Origin: an uncultured Candidatus Binatia bacterium
GTDB lineage: Bacteria > Desulfobacterota > Binatia > UBA9968 > CAXXLF01
Reading direction: 5' to 3'
DNA length: 64,000 nt
Assembly: GCA_965218425.1 (NCBI GenBank)
Contig: OZ244621.1
Location: 288,001 to 352,000 of the forward strand
Shown here: one piece after another, positions 58,382 to 64,000 of the stretch
Layout: each line of letters opens with the position of its first letter
Numbering within the stretch: the stretch's first letter is position 1
Program-made: the position numbers and the translations under genes
The notes under the pieces: model-generated
Seen by the model: only the letters and a program-made list of their open reading frames with translations
The model's database searches: none
Told to the model about the DNA's origin: nothing

Positions 58382-59380
58382 TTAATTCAAATCCCAATAG
58401 GCAAATGCCATACCGCATGGCGAGGCATAGACCGGCACGTAGTCCACTACAGAACCATTGACACCATCGGCAACTGCCGAGGCGATGAGCCAGTTTCTCG
58501 TTTCACCCACTCCACTGCCGAGTCCGGCAGACATTCCCGTTCCCCCCAACAGCTTTTCAGCCACATCGCCCTTTGCCGACGGATAGGGCCACTCACGGCT
58601 ATCAAAGTATTCCGCCATCTTTCGTGCCTCACCGCTTCCCACATACTTCAAAATGGTCCTGTCAAATTCTTCATCCAGATAGGCTCCCGAAATCCCTGGG
58701 GTGTGCCACAACCCTCCTGAACCGATCACGGCAACCCTGATCTCCATGGGGGACTCTTCGATCACTTGCCGCACGGCCTTACCCAGGTCGTAACACCTCT
58801 TGCCGGAGGGTTGAGGGGCATAAAAGCAATTCACGAAGAAGGGCAAAATGGGGATATCGTATTTGGGCGTCAAATAATAGGGTGGATGCAAAAAGGCGTG
58901 TCCCAGGCCGCGCTCTCTATTGGGCAGATCCAGGGAAAAGGCCAGATCAAAATCCTTCTTCATCAATCCCATCATCAACTGTCTGCCAAATTCAGGGGCC
59001 CCTTTGGCCTTTACCCAGTTTTCTTCGAATGGGATGTTTTCCATTCCCATGGCGCGGCGCAGGAATCCTACGGGCTTGGTCTCCCCTTCCATTTCTTCTC
59101 CCAGATAGATCCCCAACGCAGGAAAATTGCTAAAGCTGAACTGTTCGCGCTGATCATCACCAAAGATTAGCAGCACGTCGGGCTTCACGGCCTCGATCTT
59201 CTGTTTCAAGGTGGAATAGGCTTTCATGCAACGCTCAAACTCTTGCTTGTTGGTTTCCATAGAGGGGCGCGGCACGTCCTCAGCCAGCCGCCGCCTTCGC
59301 CGCACCTCATCCCATAGCTCCGGTTGCATAAAAAGAAACGGAGAATGTGAGCAACCCAACACGCCACAAATTGTTGCCAT
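58382..59380 (-). CDS. Class III extradiol ring-cleavage dioxygenase (LigB/DesZ-like)
   Basis: SHSP, GDDQ.E.F, GHAF, VNCFY.PQP...RCY.LG, SGGLWH, GETRNW, DYVP. Confidence 0.85.
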   Translation of the reverse strand: MATICGVLGCSHSPFLFMQPELWDEVRRRRRLAEDVPRPSMETNKQEFERCMKAYSTLKQKIEAVKPDVLLIFGDDQREQFSFSNFPALGIYLGEEMEGETKPVGFLRRAMGMENIPFEENWVKAKGAPEFGRQLMMGLMKKDFDLAFSLDLPNRERGLGHAFLHPPYYLTPKYDIPILPFFVNCFYAPQPSGKRCYDLGKAVRQVIEESPMEIRVAVIGSGGLWHTPGISGAYLDEEFDRTILKYVGSGEARKMAEYFDSREWPYPSAKGDVAEKLLGGTGMSAGLGSGVGETRNWLIASAVADGVNGSVVDYVPVYASPCGMAFAYWDLN

Positions 59381-59616
59381 ATTTCGATCTCCTGTTCCGA
59401 GGGCGCAATCCTTGCCTACTCCGAGCCTCTCTGCCGAATAGCTTACTCAAGAACCGCTTAGGGGTGCAAACGCGAATGAATTTTTTCGACTGAGCCTCCC
59501 CGCGCCCAACTGTGAAGAGTCGTCAACAAATCGGCTGTTAGCCGGATAATGGTGCTGGCGGTGGAAATGGGAGTTCGGCTCACGGCACGGGACGACCCGC
59601 GCCCACGCAATGCTTA

Positions 59617-60831
59617 TTACTCGCCGGTCTCCTTATGGTGCCAATCGGATGACCAGGCGCTATGCCCATCCGGCCGAAGCTTAAGCCATACCTTTTTCCC
59701 CTCCTCCACCGGATTGTGACGCTCGCCGTAGATCATGATAATCCCCTGTCCGTCCACCTCCACCTGGTATTCGATACGTTCCCCGATGAACAGCGCAGCT
59801 CGAGCCGTGCCGCCGATCATCCCCGAAGGTGCTTGTGATCCCGTGGCCGGTTGGATTTGTACGTCCTCGGGCCGCACCCCGATATAAACGGACTTGCCGG
59901 TCTTGATGCCATCGGGATTGTAGGTGCGCCCAAAAACAACGCAGTCCGGCGCTCCATCGATGGCGATGGCCATCTGTCCTGACGGGTTGCTGGTCTGCAC
60001 CTTACCCTTGAACAAAAGCGTCTTGCCCACGAAGTCCCGCACGAATTCATTAGCGGGCTCCTCGTAAAGCATCCGTGGATCCCCCTGTTGCTGCACCATG
60101 CCGAAGTTCATCAGAGCAATTCGGTTAGACATGCTGAGGGCTTCGATCTGATCGTGGGTGACAAACAACACCGCGATGTTCAGTCGCTTTTGCAACAGCT
60201 TTACCTCGAGACGCATTTGCTCCCGGAGCTTGGCATCCAGGTTACTGAAGGGCTCATCCAGCAGCAGGACCCGAGGTTCGGTCACCAGAGCCCGTGCGAG
60301 GGCCACCCGCTGTTGCTGTCCACCGCTCAACAATGGTCCCGGTCTCGTCTCGAAACCGGCCATGCCCACCAGCTCGAGCGCCCGGCGCACACGCTCGCCG
60401 ATCTCTCTGCGGGGAAACTTACGTGACTTCAACGGGAAGACCACATTTTCCTCCACCGTCATGTGCGGCCAGATGGCGTAGGACTGAAACACCATGCCCA
60501 CGTTGCGTTTGTCCGGTGGCAGGCACACTCTGTTCGTGGTCATGACAACCACACGGTCGCCAAAGTAAATATTACCCTCATCGGGGATTTCCAGGCCGGC
60601 TACCATGCGCAACGTGGTGCTCTTGCCGCAGCCACTGGGTCCCAACATGGTCACCACCTCCCCGTCCAAGATGTCCAGCGAGAGGTCCTTAACGGCAGGC
60701 TGCGCGCCCCCGGGATAGGTCTTCCATAGACCCTCGAGCCTCATGGCAACCTTTCCCTTGTCTGTGTGCTCTTTTACCGCGCCGGCAGCAGGGGCTTCTG
60801 ACCTCAGGGTATTCAAAGCATTGTTTTCCAT
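59617..60831 (-). CDS. ABC transporter ATP-binding protein with TOBE domain
   Basis: GPSGCGKS, LSGGQQQR, LLDEP, VTHDQ. Confidence 0.94.
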   Translation of the reverse strand: MENNALNTLRSEAPAAGAVKEHTDKGKVAMRLEGLWKTYPGGAQPAVKDLSLDILDGEVVTMLGPSGCGKSTTLRMVAGLEIPDEGNIYFGDRVVVMTTNRVCLPPDKRNVGMVFQSYAIWPHMTVEENVVFPLKSRKFPRREIGERVRRALELVGMAGFETRPGPLLSGGQQQRVALARALVTEPRVLLLDEPFSNLDAKLREQMRLEVKLLQKRLNIAVLFVTHDQIEALSMSNRIALMNFGMVQQQGDPRMLYEEPANEFVRDFVGKTLLFKGKVQTSNPSGQMAIAIDGAPDCVVFGRTYNPDGIKTGKSVYIGVRPEDVQIQPATGSQAPSGMIGGTARAALFIGERIEYQVEVDGQGIIMIYGERHNPVEEGKKVWLKLRPDGHSAWSSDWHHKETGE

Positions 60832-60852
60832 TGTTTCACCTTTTCTCTAAAT

Positions 60853-62670
60853 CTACGTAGTAGCGCTTTTCTGTCCTTCACCCTGACTTCGGGCCGAACT
60901 CACCCGTCGATCGTGCTGTACCCCGAGGCGCAGGCCAAAGGCCCGAGCCGCGCCGGCGATGCCCACAGTGAGCACGATCAAAAAGATGCTAATGATACTG
61001 GCTTCCTCACGCATGCCGATGTCCGGGGAAGCGAACTCCAGGGCGAGGATGGAGAGCGTACGGGTGCCTCGGTCTGCGATGAGGATGATGCTGCTAGTGG
61101 TGTTAGCTGCAACCACGAAGTTCAGCGTAGCGATTAATATCCAAGTGGGCATGAGCAACGGGATCCAAACGCGGAAGTAGGTTCGAAACCACCCCGCGCC
61201 GGAGACTCTGGCCTGCTCTTCCATGTCTTTTCCCACCTGCACGAACACCCCCTTGAAGATGTTCGTGCCTGAGGTGTTGCCCTGGATGATCACCACCAAG
61301 ACCAGCGCATACATGCTGCCATAAAGAAAAACCATGGGCCGGAACCCGCTGCCCGGCGGCAGGTCTCCTAGAAACAACCACAACAGCCCCAACCCGGACA
61401 GGATGCCGGGAATCGCTCCGGAACCCCAGATGATAAAATCCAGCAGGTTGCGCCCGGGCAGACGGGTTTGAACCATGATGTAGGCTAGAATTGAAAAGAG
61501 TAGGGGGCTGAAGAGTGCTGACGTGGTTGCCAGGATCAAAGTGGTTTTAAGCCCGTCCATAAAGACATTGTCCGTGAGCACCAACCGCCAGTGCTCCAGG
61601 CTGAACACCGGATTGATATTGAAGTAGCCGGTGCGGGTCATGAAACTGCTGAGCACCAGAATGAAGGCCGGTAACAGAGTTAGCAGGAAGATGAGCGCCC
61701 CGATGGTGCCCAGGGCCGGCCACTTCCATTTGCCTAGGTCTACGAGTCCGGGCTTGAAACTGCCGGTGATCGTCGCATAGTGCCGCCGGTTCAGGATCCA
61801 GCGCTGCAGCGGGATGATGAACGCTACGACCAACAGCGTGATGCTGGCCAGGGACGTGGCCTGGCCGTAGAGGGGCGGTTCCTGGCGCACCATATCGAAG
61901 ATCATGGTGGAGTAAACGTAAAAGCCGAAGGGCACGCCTAAAAGTTGTTCCGTCTCGAAGGATTGAAAGATCCTAAGGAGCTGGAGGGCAAAAACCAATA
62001 CCATGGGAGAGGCCATCAGAGGAAGGGTGACCCTAAGCATGGTTCGGAGATCGGATGCGCCGCTAACTCTGGCAGCCTCCTCCATGCTGGCGTCCATGTT
62101 CCGAAATGCCGGCGTCAAAAGCATCACCTTGATAGCGATGCCATTGCCCATGAGGTTGGCCCACACGATACCCGAGATGCTGAAGATGTTGAATGGCCCC
62201 TCCTCAATGAAGGGCAGCTTCTGCAGCGCGACGTTGAGGATTCCCAGGTCCGGGTCCATGAGGCCGATCCAGGCAATTGTGGTGGAAATCCCCGGCATCA
62301 TGTACGAGATCCAGAACATGAACTCCAGTGTATGGCTGCCGGGGATTTTGGTGCGGGCCAGGGTCCATGCAATGACGGTCGCTATGGGAAAGCTGATGGA
62401 CATCACCAGCACCCAGATTAGGACTGTGTTGCCCACCGCTTTGAACAGCCGTGGCTCGGTGAAAGCCACCGCCCAGTTGTCCAGCCCCCACCGTGGCTTG
62501 CCAATAAGGATCTCGGGGGCGGTATTGAAGCTCTGGATTAGAATCAGAAAGACCGGATAGATGAGGTAAAAACCCAGCGCCAACAAGATGATGGCCATGA
62601 TGGCCGTCTTCTTGTACGCCTGTACGTCAACGCTCAACTGACGCGGTACAGTTGTCGTGATTTCTCCCAT
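60853..62670 (-). CDS. ABC permease, fused double-domain (FbpB-like)
   Basis: Two EAA loops (EEAARVSGA, EEQARVSGA); about 12 TM segments. Confidence 0.92.
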   Translation of the reverse strand: MGEITTTVPRQLSVDVQAYKKTAIMAIILLALGFYLIYPVFLILIQSFNTAPEILIGKPRWGLDNWAVAFTEPRLFKAVGNTVLIWVLVMSISFPIATVIAWTLARTKIPGSHTLEFMFWISYMMPGISTTIAWIGLMDPDLGILNVALQKLPFIEEGPFNIFSISGIVWANLMGNGIAIKVMLLTPAFRNMDASMEEAARVSGASDLRTMLRVTLPLMASPMVLVFALQLLRIFQSFETEQLLGVPFGFYVYSTMIFDMVRQEPPLYGQATSLASITLLVVAFIIPLQRWILNRRHYATITGSFKPGLVDLGKWKWPALGTIGALIFLLTLLPAFILVLSSFMTRTGYFNINPVFSLEHWRLVLTDNVFMDGLKTTLILATTSALFSPLLFSILAYIMVQTRLPGRNLLDFIIWGSGAIPGILSGLGLLWLFLGDLPPGSGFRPMVFLYGSMYALVLVVIIQGNTSGTNIFKGVFVQVGKDMEEQARVSGAGWFRTYFRVWIPLLMPTWILIATLNFVVAANTTSSIILIADRGTRTLSILALEFASPDIGMREEASIISIFLIVLTVGIAGAARAFGLRLGVQHDRRVSSARSQGEGQKSATT

Positions 62671-62764
62671 TTTCCTTCCTTCGACAAACTATCCAGCAAT
62701 TCCGCGTTCCAGGGGCTGGAGCCACCCTAACTCACAACCCATGGACATTGACCTATCCTCTCCA

Positions 62765-63985
62765 TCATTGTGATGCCATGCACAACGTTTCCGCGAAAGA
62801 CACTATCTGCCCCGAATCTGCCGGAACGAACATCTTCTCCGCGTTCTGCAGTGCCCAAACCCGCTTTTCCTGGACCTCCGGGTCATGGGCAAAGGTCATG
62901 TATTCGACCCCTGACCTGCGCATTTCTCCTTCATTAACCTTGCCCTGTTCCGTAACGTCGATGCGAAACGTCTGGTCCGGCGTCCGCGCGCTCTTGGTGT
63001 GCACGACGGTCTGGCCTTCCTTGGAGAGCAACCAGTTAACAAAAAGTCTCGCGGCGTTCGGGTGAGGCCTGCGATTGAGTACCATGATGTTGTTGGATGA
63101 GCCAGTTCCCTGGAGGGTGGGCCGCTCCTTCACCGGCTTTTCGAGAATCCGTCCAAAGTTTGCCACGGGAAGGCCCCGCTTGCCCAACCGGTCGATATCA
63201 CGGCCGCCCGACCCCACGAAGATGGCCATAGTATACTTCCCCTGGGCAACGCCATCCGCCACTTGTCTATAGTCTCCGGTAAATTTGACGTCGAGCTCCG
63301 GGTCAAAGAAACGCCGGAGATAATCCGCCCCCATGTCCGGATGCACTTGGACGGTGAAGTAAGTACCACCGGCACCGGCAATGGTCGGCGGAAGGGCGAC
63401 GATTTTCCCGGCAAACCGTTTCTTATCCAGAAAATCGAATACGGAGTCCATTCTCTTGGCCTCCTTGATCGACAATTTGTCCGTGTTGAAGCGCATGGCG
63501 ACCGGAGTGAGGTCAGCGCTGCCCGTAAAGGCAAAGATGTACCTCTCATGCGGGTCGCTGTAGTAGTGCCTGCCCCCGTACCACAGCGACGTGTCCACTA
63601 CCTCTGGGAGAACCAATTCTGGTTTGATAGGGTCGAGCACCTTGTTTGGCATAAGGCGTCTATTTCCAGTGGTGGGCCCTACCATGATGACGTCGACCTT
63701 GTACTTGCCCGCGCCGCGCTCGGCCAGGAGCCGATCCGCCTGCCTGCGCCCGCTACCCGTGGAAACCACCGTTCGAACTCCGAACTTGTTTTCAAAGAAC
63801 TTAAAGACTGGCCTGTAATTACGGGAGGCCGAGCCACCTAGCACCACCACCAGTTGACCTTCCTTCTTCGCCGCTGCGAGGGTATCATCCCAGGTATCGG
63901 CTACCGATAGGCCCGCCATCGCCAGCACCAATAGACCTGACAATAAAAATGCCGCGAGATCCCGAGGCGTTATCCACGTCTTCAT
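62765..63985 (-). CDS. ABC extracellular solute-binding protein
   Basis: Signal peptide; AAKKEGQL; PHPNAARLFVNWLLSKEGQ. Confidence 0.9.
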   Translation of the reverse strand: MKTWITPRDLAAFLLSGLLVLAMAGLSVADTWDDTLAAAKKEGQLVVVLGGSASRNYRPVFKFFENKFGVRTVVSTGSGRRQADRLLAERGAGKYKVDVIMVGPTTGNRRLMPNKVLDPIKPELVLPEVVDTSLWYGGRHYYSDPHERYIFAFTGSADLTPVAMRFNTDKLSIKEAKRMDSVFDFLDKKRFAGKIVALPPTIAGAGGTYFTVQVHPDMGADYLRRFFDPELDVKFTGDYRQVADGVAQGKYTMAIFVGSGGRDIDRLGKRGLPVANFGRILEKPVKERPTLQGTGSSNNIMVLNRRPHPNAARLFVNWLLSKEGQTVVHTKSARTPDQTFRIDVTEQGKVNEGEMRRSGVEYMTFAHDPEVQEKRVWALQNAEKMFVPADSGQIVSFAETLCMASQ

Positions 63986-64000
63986 CTGACTCTTCTTTTG

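Overview
Gene-dense bacterial window dominated by catabolic enzymes and transporters. The expansions of amidohydrolase, VOC, UbiD, Rieske and ABC solute-binding families suggest a Binatota/Deltaproteobacteria-like metagenomic genome (inference only). I found no rRNA, tRNA or CRISPR array. Highlights: (1) a minus-strand unit at 1-2608 of GlcG/HbpS protein, a TAT-less reductive dehalogenase, an Fe-S-free dehalogenase-like half-protein and a CTG-start ferredoxin missed by the ORF track; (2) a ~17 kb co-oriented aromatic-acid catabolic block (46723-63985) with ABC importer, DesZ/LigB-type ring-cleavage enzyme, two C-C hydrolase-like proteins, a cupin, tandem UbiDs, a Rieske oxygenase and a dihydrodiol dehydrogenase-like enzyme; (3) one of those UbiDs has an apparently rewired Arg-Glu-Glu catalytic triad; (4) a DDE transposase IS; (5) several non-coding repeat families; (6) several genes broken by single-base events. 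All calls come from motifs read by eye, with no database searches.
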